A DNA stretch of 63,999 nucleotides, filler included, from Gonapodya sp. JEL0774 (GCA_027604505.1; 6 parts of 6 records of this genome joined end to end with filler, not necessarily neighbours in it); one strand, 5' to 3'; positions 48,512 through 59,030 are shown, counted from the whole stretch's first letter. Notes: generated by a model from the letters alone, not told the origin. Translations and numbers: made by a program.

Positions 48512-49155
48512 GAGTGATGCTTGAGGTTTTCGTCTGTTTCCTCCACTTTCGCTCCATTCTTGTCACTGTCAGTAACCTTCTTAGCGTCTTCTTCTTGCAT
48601 CTCCTGCAGCTCTCGTCTTGTTTCCTCAAAGAACTCTTGATCGGGGTCTGTATCCATCGCTTCCATCAGTTCTCTCATTTCATCCCGACTTTCTTCTATC
48701 CCCCACGATTCTGTCTCGCTACTGCTAGACGAGTTCTTTCCTTGATTTGTTACCGAATCCGAGTGACTTGTACCGCGCTGAGTATCCTTGTCTGGGTAGT
48801 CCGAATCATCGTCTGACAACTCCTCCATTTCTCTCTGAATTCTTTCCCACAGACTTTCTCTCCCATTAATGTCCGTCATGAATATGGTGAGATTCTCAAC
48901 TCCTAACCCGTGCGTATCTCTGTCTTCGCTTGAATCTTCATCTTCCCATGTAACCGTTTTCCCCGGGCCTTTCCCTTTATCATTCCCTTCTTTCTTCGTC
49001 GGTGCTCCTTCTCTCATATAGTTGTTCCTATTCCGATCTCCGTCATCTCTTTTGGTTTCAAGCGAGCCTGGAATACGGCTCAACCCATCTGCTACCGTAT
49101 TCTTCTTCCCTTCCACATAACGAGGTATGATGTCAAAACTTTGTAGTTTGTATAT
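48508..49155 (-). pseudogene. RNase H C-terminus and acidic spacer, in frame with gag-pol after a premature TGA
   Basis: GKLAN*IYKLQSFDIIPRYVEGKKNTVADGLSR: TGA (49156-49158) sits where the conserved Trp is expected. Confidence 0.85.
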
Positions 49156-52100
49156 TCAGTTCGCCAGTTTCCCGTTCACCGGTTTCTTATACCCTCGCAA
49201 CAGGTCTCGAACTGGCTTGTGGTCTGTTTTCAGGATGAACGGTCGGCCTTGTAAAAGGTAATGAAATTTCTCTGTTACCGCCCACAGAACGGCATAGAAC
49301 TCTAACTCTGTTGCCGGCCATTTCCGCTGTGCATCTGTCAGGGACTTTGAAGCGTACGCTATTGGCCGTTCGATCTCGTTGTAAGGCTGCACGAGTACCG
49401 CACCAAGTCCAAGCGCACTTGCGTCCGTATACAGTATGAATTCCTTCTGGAAATCGGGTGCAGCCAGTGCAGGAGCGTGAGTCACTAATTCCTTCAGCTG
49501 TTCGAATGCGTCCTGTTGACGCTGACCCCATACAAAAGGTTCCCCTTTCCTGGTAAGCTTTCTGAGCGGGAACGCCGTTGATGCAAAGTGATCAATGAAG
49601 GGTTGGCAGAACGCAATGGTTTGTAGAAAGCTCATGACTTCCTTCCCCTCCTTTGGGCGTGGCCAGTTAACTATTGCCTCCACTTTCTCGTTGTCCAGGA
49701 TTAAACCATCGCGGCTCAGTACAAACCCGAGGATTGAAATCTTCTCATGACAGAACGCACACTTTGGTAACCGCACTTTGAGTCCCGCGGATCCGAGCAT
49801 GGTGAGTACTGCGCGGAATGTGTCCATGAGTTCGTGGAAGGTGTTTGCTTTTATGAAGATATCGTCTATATAGTGTCGAATATTGGCAAAGAGGGGTTCC
49901 TTCCGTTCGTCAAACATCCGAGTGACGATCTCCACGAATGTGAATGGTGCCTCCTTCAATCCCTGTGGCATTTTAACGTATTCATAATTGCCCCATGGTG
50001 TGGTGAACGCCGTCTTGTAGATATCATTGGGATGCACTTTGATCTGGTGGTATCCTGAAGCCAGATCCATCGTTATATAGAACTTCGAACCCTGAATCCA
50101 CTGTAGGATTTCGTCCATTCGTGGAATAGGTATGTGTCCCCTTGCATAAATCTGCTGATTGAGCGTTCTATAGTCCACCACCGGTCGAATCCCGCCATTC
50201 TTCTTGGGGACGCACCTTGTTCGAGATAAGTATAGCGGGTCCTTCGCGGGCCGAATGATTCCAACTTTCTCTAATCGATCAATCTCCTTCTTCAATACTT
50301 GTCTATCCGGTTCTGAAAGTGGAAGATTCTGATGACGGAACCTACCGAAGTTTGGCATCAGGTGGATGCGGTGGTAAGCGTCTGGGAGAGTGCAAGTCCC
50401 TAAATCGTATTGTGAGACTGACAACACGTCTTGATACTCCCAGAGAATGTCATTAAGAACTTTCTTCTGCTCCTGAGTAATCACGGCAAGTGAGACTGCG
50501 TCCTGAATCTGTCTCCGCAACTGCTTCATCCTCACCTGAGGATCCATTGGATCCTCGCTGTCCAAGAGTACGTCCTCTCCCTCACTATCAATTCCCATAT
50601 TCACCGCTTCAAATATGACAGGCGGGAGCAGTCTTTCGTTTTCTGTGTCCTCCTCACTACTCGATGGTTCGGTTGTTTCTGTGAGGTCATCGCTGAACTC
50701 GGAGATACTCAGGTCGTCCGATTCACTTAAAGATGATACGGTTGAGTCTGAATCTGACTTTGCGTCCCACAAATGAACGGATAAGTCTTTGATCAATTCC
50801 CTCTCATCCGCAGTTAACACCTCACGCAGTCGGTCTTTCCCCTTCTCCAAACCTCCTCTTAGCTCCGAGACTTTCCGAACCATTCTTTTGGCCCGGATGA
50901 AGTGAGTATCGTGTACTTTTGTCCAGGAGAAATTGTCTGCCTTGGACAGGCGAACTAGAGGCTCGAGGTTCTCCATTAACAATACCTCAATTGCTCCATC
51001 ATCAGGTCGATCTCCTGCCCAGTAGTCCTTCAAGGCATGAAGTAAGTATTTGAGTTCTGCCGCACCGCGGGGTGTTGGGAGAACCAGGATCTCTGAAGCC
51101 GTCAGTGGTGTGGTGTAGTCCCAGTTGTTCCGTGGCGTACAGTCTTCGGGGAACTCTAACATCACCGCCATAGGGCGGTATTCCTCGCTTGGTAGTTTCA
51201 CCCAAGAGGGTCTCAAAATCCCGGATCGGACATTGGCATCCTGCCCATAGATTGGACGGATACCCGTAACATTGCGTAAGTCAAAGATATCGGAGTCGTT
51301 TTCCCCGTCCGTGCCATCACTTGACTCGCCGGGTACTGTCTCAGCGACGTATTCTGCGGTTTCTACTGTCATTGTTCTCATTGATCTGGCCTTCCGACCA
51401 GATTCACTGTCTTCGACCTTCTTGAACAGGTTTTTGGTACGAAGGAAAGCTGAATCAAGGGCTTCAGTCCATTCAAAAGGTCGGTGCTGATTTACTGCGT
51501 ATTCTCGCAGCCGATGAGTAATACTGTAAACGACACTATCAAACACCCTCCGTCTCTGTGTTTCGCTTCTTGTGTAGGACGGGTAGAAGCCCTCCGCATA
51601 CTCAAGCCCATAACCCGGCACTTCTGTCTTTCTCCGTGCCACAAATTCGTCTACGTTCTGGAGGAATCGCTCAAGGATCTCAAAATCCCACGGTGTCGGG
51701 AAGTGCATCAGGATATCGTACGCCTGAGTGGAGTTCAGCCCCTGTAGGTGTTGTACTGCGTTCGATACTTCCGGCCAGCTGAGTGAGAGCTTCATTGCCC
51801 GCATGTATCCATTCCGACATTTCATCCATGATGGTTCGTGTCCCACTCCGCTTTCCAGTTCCTTAGCGTGGACTCCAAGCAGCGGACGCACTGGATAATC
51901 TTCCGCCCCGATGTTGTTCAGGGTATCGGCATGGTAATCATAACAGGTACGCAGATCCCCGATCTTATGATTCTCTCCTACTGACTGACCTCCTCCGTCG
52001 TCAGATCCTCCAAAGAAGAATATTCCATCATCAGGATCTCCGGAATCTGGGTTAGTATCGGATGACACCTCGCTTGATTCTGACTCCATATCTTCCGACA

Positions 52101-55100
52101 GCCAGGCCAAGTGCATTCGCGTGAGGATCCCGAGACTGAGACGAAACCAAGTGTACGCGGTGCGAGTGGCCACCATGAATTTTGCCATCGCGTAGTCCGA
52201 GTCAGCTCCCTCACAAAACTGCCGAGCTGCTGTGTTTGCGAGCAGTTGTTGTTTCTGTAGGTGAGTGATCATGTTATTCGCAATGTCGAGGGTCTCCATC
52301 ATCACGGTGACAGGGTTCTTTTCCCTCATGTCCCAAGGATCAATTCCAGCATCTCTAGGGTCAGATCCATCTGCCGGAAGGACTTCCAGGATGGTGCTCC
52401 ATTTCTCTTCGAATATTCTATCTTCACCCCGCGGATGTAGTACGCTCCGGGGCCAGTCTTGAGTGAGTACCAGCGTAGCCCAGTGCCGTCGCATGATTTC
52501 GATCCTTCTTGCAATTCTCATTAGATCTTCCACCCACGGCTCCGCGACCTCATGGAATTGGGTGAGCCATTTCCTTGCCAAATGTTGTTGCATCGGTCCT
52601 GCCTCTGGGAGGTGTTCGTAAGCAATATTCAGTAAGTGATCAAGTGCAACGGTGCGACTGCCCATATTGATCAACCGATATTCCATCTCGTGTAGGCTAA
52701 AAGGCTCAATTGGCCCAAGGGCTCGTGCGTGATCATCTATGTCCTCAATAGTTATTCTCTGTAAGTTCACCGCATCCACCCATTCCTCTTGGAAGTCATG
52801 TATCAACCCAATCTCGTTCTCCACTGTTTGTATTTCCTCTTCTGTTTGCATCGCTGGTGACGGTACTGTTGGCGGTGGCAGTGGTTCCAGTGAGTATCCG
52901 TCTATAACCGCAGGTTGATCGTGCTGTTGGTCCCTGGGACCGAAGAGTTGCGTTTGCACCGGTGGGGTCCATACGTACACGGGGCATGGCCACGGGACAT
53001 AAACACATGGGACGACTGGTTGCCATGGCACTACCTGTGGCTCGCTCGACCACGCGATCTCAGTTTGATCACGGAACTCGGGAACATCACTCTCAGGCAC
53101 GAGTTCCACCGGGGCCTGTCCCTGCTCTATCGGATTGTTCTCGTTTGAACTAACCACATTCACTCGTTCTTCAGACTCCTCGGCGACTTCTTCCGTTCCT
53201 TTCTCTTCCAACATGTCGGCGCATCGCCCTTCTATGGCCTTGGACTCGCTGTTATCTCGACGAACCTTCAATGGCAGGATGCTTCGAGTTCCAGATGGCG
53301 AGGACACCGTGAATGTGAGTGCCTCGTAATCGATCTTCGCTTTTGCTGCGTGCAGCCAATCATTTCCAACGAGCACCTTGAATCCTCTAGACTTCACGAT
53401 ATAGACGTCCACTTGGATTCCAACCTCACCGAATTTGATCAGCGACTTTCGCGCGATAGCGATCACCTCACCAAGTTCTTCTCCGGAAGTGTGGTATGGA
53501 ATGGGGTGATCAATCTTGACGCATTTGAGTTTGTAGTCTTCTGCCGTTTCGAGTGTTGCAATAGTGTTAGTTGCACCTGTATCGATAATGAAGTTTCCTT
53601 CTTTACCATTAAGGACTCCCATTGCCTTTGCAGTCCCATACCTTCCCCTCGCGATGGAAACCTGTGGGTTTAGTCCTTCGGGATCCTTCACATCAGCATG
53701 ACTTGCCTCAGTTGGAGCGTCTCGAGGTAGATAATCATATAAGGTATGTTTTACGTTATTGAGCATTGAGGGTTTGAGCTGGATCACCTGAAGTAACGAA
53801 GCATTTGCAGGGGTCTCAGAGAGAACCTTCACGATGTCGTATTCATGGGGCCGGCGCTTCTTCTTTGGTGCCGGTCGCCTTCTCCGATTGTCGTTTTGTG
53901 CCACTGGAAGTGCAACGGGTTGTGGGAATGGAAGTGGAGCAGCCGGAGCTTGAGCACGGGAGGGGATTCCCCTACGGATATTATATCGCCGGCGAGCTGG
54001 AGGTACGTCTTCCATTTCCAAGTCTGATGCAAATGCATGTTGCGGTGTCTGGTGTGAGCGAGGCTGTGCATAGCCCTCCTCTTCGTCATCCAAACTTCCT
54101 TCTTCTGAACCCCTTTTCACACGGGCACCATACTCCTCGTAATCTGAGTCTCCCTCCCACTCTTCTCTCTCGTCGTCGCTCTCATATTCAGGCTCAGAGG
54201 CATGCTCGGGATTGGACTCATCTACTTGGATCAACTGGATAGAAGGTGAGTTTCCTCTTTGGTAGTGAGGCCGGTAATTTTCCTCGGTGTTGTGGTCTTC
54301 TACATATACCTGGTTGAGGGATAAGCGGTCCAGTCTGCGTGCCAAGTCACTGTCAGTTCCACCTCCGTCGCCGTTAGTTCCAACTACCCGTCCTCCGCCC
54401 ATGCCCTGTGGCTGCCGAGGATCAGTGTTGGGACGACGGTCATACGGAGGGCGATCATTGGCATGCACAAGGGTCGAATGATTGGGACGATAAGGAGGTC
54501 GTTGTTGCCCCCATATTTTCCTCCCTTGATAGTTATCGCGATGAGAATTGTAAGAGCGATCATAATCACGATTATCCTGGTATTGACGATTCATATGATC
54601 TCCCCTACCGGAGTTGTTATAGCTTGGTGGTGGTCGGAAACGGTTAGATGTGTCAAACGAATGAGGCCCTGTTCCTCGCTCGGAAAAACTTTCTGCCACG
54701 GTCCGTATCACCGAAATAGCTTTGTTGAGAGTAGAGGGTGCCATCATACGTACAAAAGGTTGATATCTTTGTTGGAGACCACCAATGAGAAGGGCTATCT
54801 TGGTGCTCTCGGTGGCTTCGTCCTCAAGATACTCCAAAAGATCGAGTTTATCATTGAGGTACCTGTCAACAGATTCAGAGGGCAGCTGCAAACGATTCAT
54901 GGCCATCTGTAAAAGACTTTGCTGCCAGTTGCTCCCTCGGAATTCTTCCATGAAGGCTGCTTTGAAGGAGGCCCATTCGCTCTTCTTCTCTTCTGGGAGC
55001 CGTCCTTGATACCAGCGCCACGCATCCCCATCAAAGTGGAGCGGGGCTTGTAAGCATTTATCTTCATCAGTGTACTTTGCTGCACGAGCAGCGAGCTCGA

Positions 55101-55182
55101 ACTTATTCATCCAATCTCGATGGCGAGAGGGATTTCCATCGAACTCTGGAGCGATCCTCTTTGGTTCACGGAACGCAGACAT
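49156..55182 (-). CDS. Gag-protease-(~900-aa insert)-reverse transcriptase-RNase H polyprotein, 2008 aa
   Basis: Gag FDGN..W..KFE..AWRWY; protease IIDTGAT; RT RPVVDYRTLN, MDLASGYHQI, MPQGLK, YIDD; RNase H YTDAS, ELEFYAV, TDHKP. Confidence 0.95.
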   Translation of the reverse strand: MSAFREPKRIAPEFDGNPSRHRDWMNKFELAARAAKYTDEDKCLQAPLHFDGDAWRWYQGRLPEEKKSEWASFKAAFMEEFRGSNWQQSLLQMAMNRLQLPSESVDRYLNDKLDLLEYLEDEATESTKIALLIGGLQQRYQPFVRMMAPSTLNKAISVIRTVAESFSERGTGPHSFDTSNRFRPPPSYNNSGRGDHMNRQYQDNRDYDRSYNSHRDNYQGRKIWGQQRPPYRPNHSTLVHANDRPPYDRRPNTDPRQPQGMGGGRVVGTNGDGGGTDSDLARRLDRLSLNQVYVEDHNTEENYRPHYQRGNSPSIQLIQVDESNPEHASEPEYESDDEREEWEGDSDYEEYGARVKRGSEEGSLDDEEEGYAQPRSHQTPQHAFASDLEMEDVPPARRRYNIRRGIPSRAQAPAAPLPFPQPVALPVAQNDNRRRRPAPKKKRRPHEYDIVKVLSETPANASLLQVIQLKPSMLNNVKHTLYDYLPRDAPTEASHADVKDPEGLNPQVSIARGRYGTAKAMGVLNGKEGNFIIDTGATNTIATLETAEDYKLKCVKIDHPIPYHTSGEELGEVIAIARKSLIKFGEVGIQVDVYIVKSRGFKVLVGNDWLHAAKAKIDYEALTFTVSSPSGTRSILPLKVRRDNSESKAIEGRCADMLEEKGTEEVAEESEERVNVVSSNENNPIEQGQAPVELVPESDVPEFRDQTEIAWSSEPQVVPWQPVVPCVYVPWPCPVYVWTPPVQTQLFGPRDQQHDQPAVIDGYSLEPLPPPTVPSPAMQTEEEIQTVENEIGLIHDFQEEWVDAVNLQRITIEDIDDHARALGPIEPFSLHEMEYRLINMGSRTVALDHLLNIAYEHLPEAGPMQQHLARKWLTQFHEVAEPWVEDLMRIARRIEIMRRHWATLVLTQDWPRSVLHPRGEDRIFEEKWSTILEVLPADGSDPRDAGIDPWDMREKNPVTVMMETLDIANNMITHLQKQQLLANTAARQFCEGADSDYAMAKFMVATRTAYTWFRLSLGILTRMHLAWLSEDMESESSEVSSDTNPDSGDPDDGIFFFGGSDDGGGQSVGENHKIGDLRTCYDYHADTLNNIGAEDYPVRPLLGVHAKELESGVGHEPSWMKCRNGYMRAMKLSLSWPEVSNAVQHLQGLNSTQAYDILMHFPTPWDFEILERFLQNVDEFVARRKTEVPGYGLEYAEGFYPSYTRSETQRRRVFDSVVYSITHRLREYAVNQHRPFEWTEALDSAFLRTKNLFKKVEDSESGRKARSMRTMTVETAEYVAETVPGESSDGTDGENDSDIFDLRNVTGIRPIYGQDANVRSGILRPSWVKLPSEEYRPMAVMLEFPEDCTPRNNWDYTTPLTASEILVLPTPRGAAELKYLLHALKDYWAGDRPDDGAIEVLLMENLEPLVRLSKADNFSWTKVHDTHFIRAKRMVRKVSELRGGLEKGKDRLREVLTADERELIKDLSVHLWDAKSDSDSTVSSLSESDDLSISEFSDDLTETTEPSSSEEDTENERLLPPVIFEAVNMGIDSEGEDVLLDSEDPMDPQVRMKQLRRQIQDAVSLAVITQEQKKVLNDILWEYQDVLSVSQYDLGTCTLPDAYHRIHLMPNFGRFRHQNLPLSEPDRQVLKKEIDRLEKVGIIRPAKDPLYLSRTRCVPKKNGGIRPVVDYRTLNQQIYARGHIPIPRMDEILQWIQGSKFYITMDLASGYHQIKVHPNDIYKTAFTTPWGNYEYVKMPQGLKEAPFTFVEIVTRMFDERKEPLFANIRHYIDDIFIKANTFHELMDTFRAVLTMLGSAGLKVRLPKCAFCHEKISILGFVLSRDGLILDNEKVEAIVNWPRPKEGKEVMSFLQTIAFCQPFIDHFASTAFPLRKLTRKGEPFVWGQRQQDAFEQLKELVTHAPALAAPDFQKEFILYTDASALGLGAVLVQPYNEIERPIAYASKSLTDAQRKWPATELEFYAVLWAVTEKFHYLLQGRPFILKTDHKPVRDLLRGYKKPVNGKLAN

Positions 55183-55597
55183 TTGGACTTAGTAACTTTG
55201 TAGTATTAGGTCTAGAAGAGAGAGAGATTTATGATTGTGGATAAAGAAATCTTCCCTGTAGCAGGCTCGCCAAATTGTGCGCACGGGTTTTGGAAGTGTT
55301 CTCCGCAACGAATTTGGTGACTGCAAATGAAAACAAACGCTCGCCAGTGACAGAAATAAAGTAGCCGTCACACTACTGTGTTAGCAAGAGCAAGTTCGAT
55401 TTCGGACCGAACAGAACCCATTTGAAGGTGCGCTAGGTTCGTTGATTTCTCCCGCAGGACAGGATATGACCTTTCCCGCAGTTCCTGGAGATTATACNNN
55501 NNNNNNNNNNNNNNNNNNNNNNNNNNNNNNNNNNNNNNNNNTTAATTAATTAANNNNNNNNNNNNNNNNNNNNNNNNNNNNNNNNNNNNNNNNNNNN

Positions 55598-58500
55598 AGC
55601 TCGCCAACCTTGCCAGCCCGCTCCCGCACACTCTCCAGTTCCTCCTCGACGGCCTCCTTTGCAGCTCTAAGCGCGTCTTGGTCGCTCTCGATCGCGTCCA
55701 ACCGGGCACGCAGGGACGCGGATGTGGAGGAGTATTCTTTGGGAGGGTGCATACGGTTTTGGTGGAATGGCGACGGGGGAGAAAGTCCGTAAAGTCGCGG
55801 TTTGGGGTTCAAAGCATGTGGAACCAAAGTTTGAGGCAGTTTGACAACAGCTTTACGTCCGCACAGACAACTCACCCCGCGCCGCGTTCCTCTCCGCATC
55901 CCTCTCCTCGACCACTTTGTCCATCTGGGCCTGCAATGCGGCGAGGGCCTGTTCGTGGGCTACACGCATCGCACGTCGTACACCCCAATATGTCCGAAAC
56001 GAAAAAACCATCGAGCGTGATCGTGAGCATGTTGGGTACTTTGATTTACGCGAAGCGAACACACAGACGTTAACGAAACGCAAACTCACCTCTACCACTC
56101 CCCTCGTACTCTGTCCTCACTCTCTCTACCTCCCCATTTATCCTCTCCACCTCCTGTTCCAACTTCCTCCTCTCCATACCCCATCTCTCCCTCGCCCTCT
56201 TAACTACCTCCACCACACCAACACCCCCTTCATCCACCTCATCCACCTCCCCAACCGCCACCACCACCCCCCTGCTCCACCCTGCCACCGCCTCTGCGAT
56301 TCCGGCGACAGCGCGGGCGACCGGAGCGGGGAGGCCCGACGTGGGGGGCGGGAGGTGGGGGGCGGAGGAGAGTGCGGTGAGCGAGCCGAGGAGGGTCTGA
56401 ACGAGGGTGGAGACGGCGGCTTGGTGGGGATGGGGTGCATGCAGTGGGCAGAGGGACGGGGTGGAATTACATGTGACGGGGAACTCACCCTTCGTCTTCC
56501 CCAGTTCCGCCTCCACCTGCCCCACCCTGGCCTCCTTGGCCTCCCACTCGGACCGGGCCACACGGACCGTGTCTCCGTCTTCCACCTCCCTCGCCTTCTC
56601 CTTCTCCCTCTCTTGTTCCATCTCCTGTTCCAACTCCTTCACTCTGGTCTTGGCCTCCTCCGCCTCCCGCCTGGCGTCCACAAGGTCCCCTTCGGCTCGT
56701 TCCGCTCGGTCCAGGGCCGCGGCGAGGTCGGTGCGGAGACCAGCAGCGGCTGTGGAGCGAGGTGGGTTTCCGGACGAGGCCGGAACCACATCGGTATGGT
56801 TCAGTCAGTAATCGACCTCACAAACGTCACCGACTCTGAACAGACAACCTTTCGGCACTTACTCACCTTGTTCCAGCTCCTCCGTCTCCCCCTCCACCTC
56901 CTTCAGCCTCTTTTCCACCTCCTTCACCCTCGTCACCCCCTTGTCCACCTGCGCCATCGCATCTTCCCTTTCCCTCCTCGCCTCGTCCCTCTCCCCCGCA
57001 ATCCTCTCCACCTCTCCAACCAACTCGCCAATCCTTTCACCCCTATGGTCCATCTCGGCACGCTGAGCTGCCACGGTCAGGTGCAGGTCGTCCCGCTCGA
57101 TTGTGAGTTGGGCGACGAGGGCGGCGGATTCGTCAGCACGGTTTTGGGTTGCGGCCAGGGCAGATCGAGTTTCGGCAAGAGCGGTCCGGGATTCAGACAA
57201 TTCGGACTCGAGGCGGGATACCTCGGCGCGTAGAGCCGCAGCCTCGTCCCGTGCCGTTGCCTTGTCCACCCTCGCGCTGTGGAGCGCGCTTTCCAGTTCG
57301 CCTACACGAGCCTCCAGCCCCACCACCTCTCGCCCTGTTGCGTCACGCTCGTCTGCCGTTCTGGCCACCTCGGCCTCCCACCTTGCGGCGTCACGCCGCA
57401 CATCGTCAACATGCCGCTCCATTTCCTTCACGCGTTGTTCGGCCTGTTCCCTCCCGCTTTGAGCGTCGCTCACTGTGGCCTCGAGATCAACCACCCGCTG
57501 TTGTGCGAGAGAGACGTCGTGCTCGAGGTGGGTGATTCGGGCGGTCGACAAGGCGAGTTCGGCGCGGAGGGTTGCGGATTCGGATTCGGTGGTGGTGGCG
57601 CTGGGAGTGGGGGAGGTGATATCGGGGGTGCTGGAGAGACCAGTTTGTGCGGGTGAGGTGCCGGTTTGCTGTTCCCGTGTGGTGGTCCGTTCCGTGGCTT
57701 CTCTTTGCCTCCGCTCCTGCTCCCGTTCCCTCTGCCTCTCCCCCTCCACCTCACCCACCCTCCGTACCGCCTCGTCCCTCTGCCTCATCGTCACCTTGAG
57801 CAACTGGGCTGCCTTTTGTAGCCTCTCTTGGTACGCCAGGACGGTCTTTTGGAGGTGGGCGAATTGGGCTGCGGAAGAGGGGGTGAGGTCCGAGAGCGAG
57901 CCAGGTGCCGTTGGGAGGGAGAGGGAGGAGAGGGTGGGCGAGGCTGGTGTCGAGTGGGGGAGGATGTGGGGGGAGGGGGGGAGAGAGGGGGTGTAGGCGA
58001 GGGAAGACGAGGGGCGGGAGGCGGGGTACGGGTTGGGGTACGCTGATGGGTGGGGATCGGGCTGAGGGAGAGGGGAGTACGAGGATGGCGCTGGTGTGGA
58101 TCGGGGAGGGGAGAAGGGCGATTGGGAGGGGTGGTGGTGTTGTGATCGGGACGGTGAGGTGGAAGTGGAGCGGGGCGGGAAGGAGGGTGTAGGGGTGGTT
58201 GGTGGGTCGACAGGAGTGGTGCCAACCATACCAGAGGAAGGATGAGTGGGCGGTAATGCAGGTGGTGGGGTGAGTCCAGATTCCGGGTCGTGTGGGTCAG
58301 CAGTCGTGTCCCATCTACCGACCGCACCACCGGGAGGTAGAGATTCCGGTGTCGTTTCTGCATTTGCACCACCACCACCGCGACTGGTCTCTGCTGCCAC
58401 CACCGGTCCTGGATTCGACGTGTCGGACGTGTCCCCACGTCCGTCCGTCATATCCCCAGCCACACCCCCGGCACCGTCTACGACAACAGGCTCAACAGGC

Positions 58501-59030
58501 ACGGCTTCGACGTACACTGGCGACGTTGGAGAGGACGCCGACGTTCCACCAACAGATGCCGCTGTGTACCCGTCAGCGACCGCGTCGAAAAACTCTGCGT
58601 CGGTGGACGTTCGCGCGGGTGTTTTGGAGTGGGCGGACGAGAGACGGGGAGAAGGAGAAGACGCAGTGGAGGGGGAACGGGTAGAGGTAGAATTGATTAT
58701 GCGATGGGAGGAAGAGGAAGAACTGGAATGTCCGACGAAGAAACCCTGTTCGTCGTCGATGGTGGTGTAGTCACTGTGGTCGCGAGTGGGAGAGAATGCG
58801 GGTCTGAGACGGACAGAGGAAGAATTGGAATAAGCGGAAGAGGGGGAGTGATTGTTGTGTGCAGGTGGAGAAGGAGGACGGGACGTCTGATCCCCGCCCC
58901 CGTTGAACGCAGCCACAGAGTTGGACACGTCAGACGCAAGAGAAGAAATATTGGAAGAAACACGTGACAGCAAGTCCGAATTTGGAAGTGGAACGCCCAA
59001 AGAGCTGCCAAGCGTGTTCAGCCACGACAT
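55598..59030 (-). CDS. Long coiled-coil golgin-like protein (GMAP-210-like N-terminus), multi-exon, 3' end missing
   Basis: Amphipathic start MSWLNTLGSSLG..ISSLASDV, Ser/Pro-rich linker, then extended E/R/A coiled coil over several exons running off the scaffold edge. Confidence 0.6.

Larger units (their letters stand above)
44537..55497 (-). mobile_element. Ty3/Gypsy LTR retrotransposon filling the whole scaffold (one LTR plus internal region)
   Basis: Domain order Gag-PR-RT-RNaseH-IN; the first 77 nt (44537-44613) are identical to the last 77 nt (55421-55497). Confidence 0.96.

Noticed and set aside
55393..55420. tRNA gene or 3' half (GTTCGA...CCA)
   Set aside because: Spacing from GTTCGA to CCA is 27 nt rather than 24, and no cloverleaf stems are evident.
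55421..55497. Second full LTR usable for dating the insertion
   Set aside because: Only 77 nt, best explained as an assembler k-mer overlap.
55917..57233. 438-aa plus-strand ORF and similar long antisense ORFs (38606-39664 alternative frame, 45890-46459, 61267-61953)
   Set aside because: Shadows of GC-rich or low-complexity coding sequence; no independent motifs.
44537..59030. Retrotransposon inserted into the golgin-like gene
   Set aside because: They are separate scaffolds; no TSD or gene continuation is visible.
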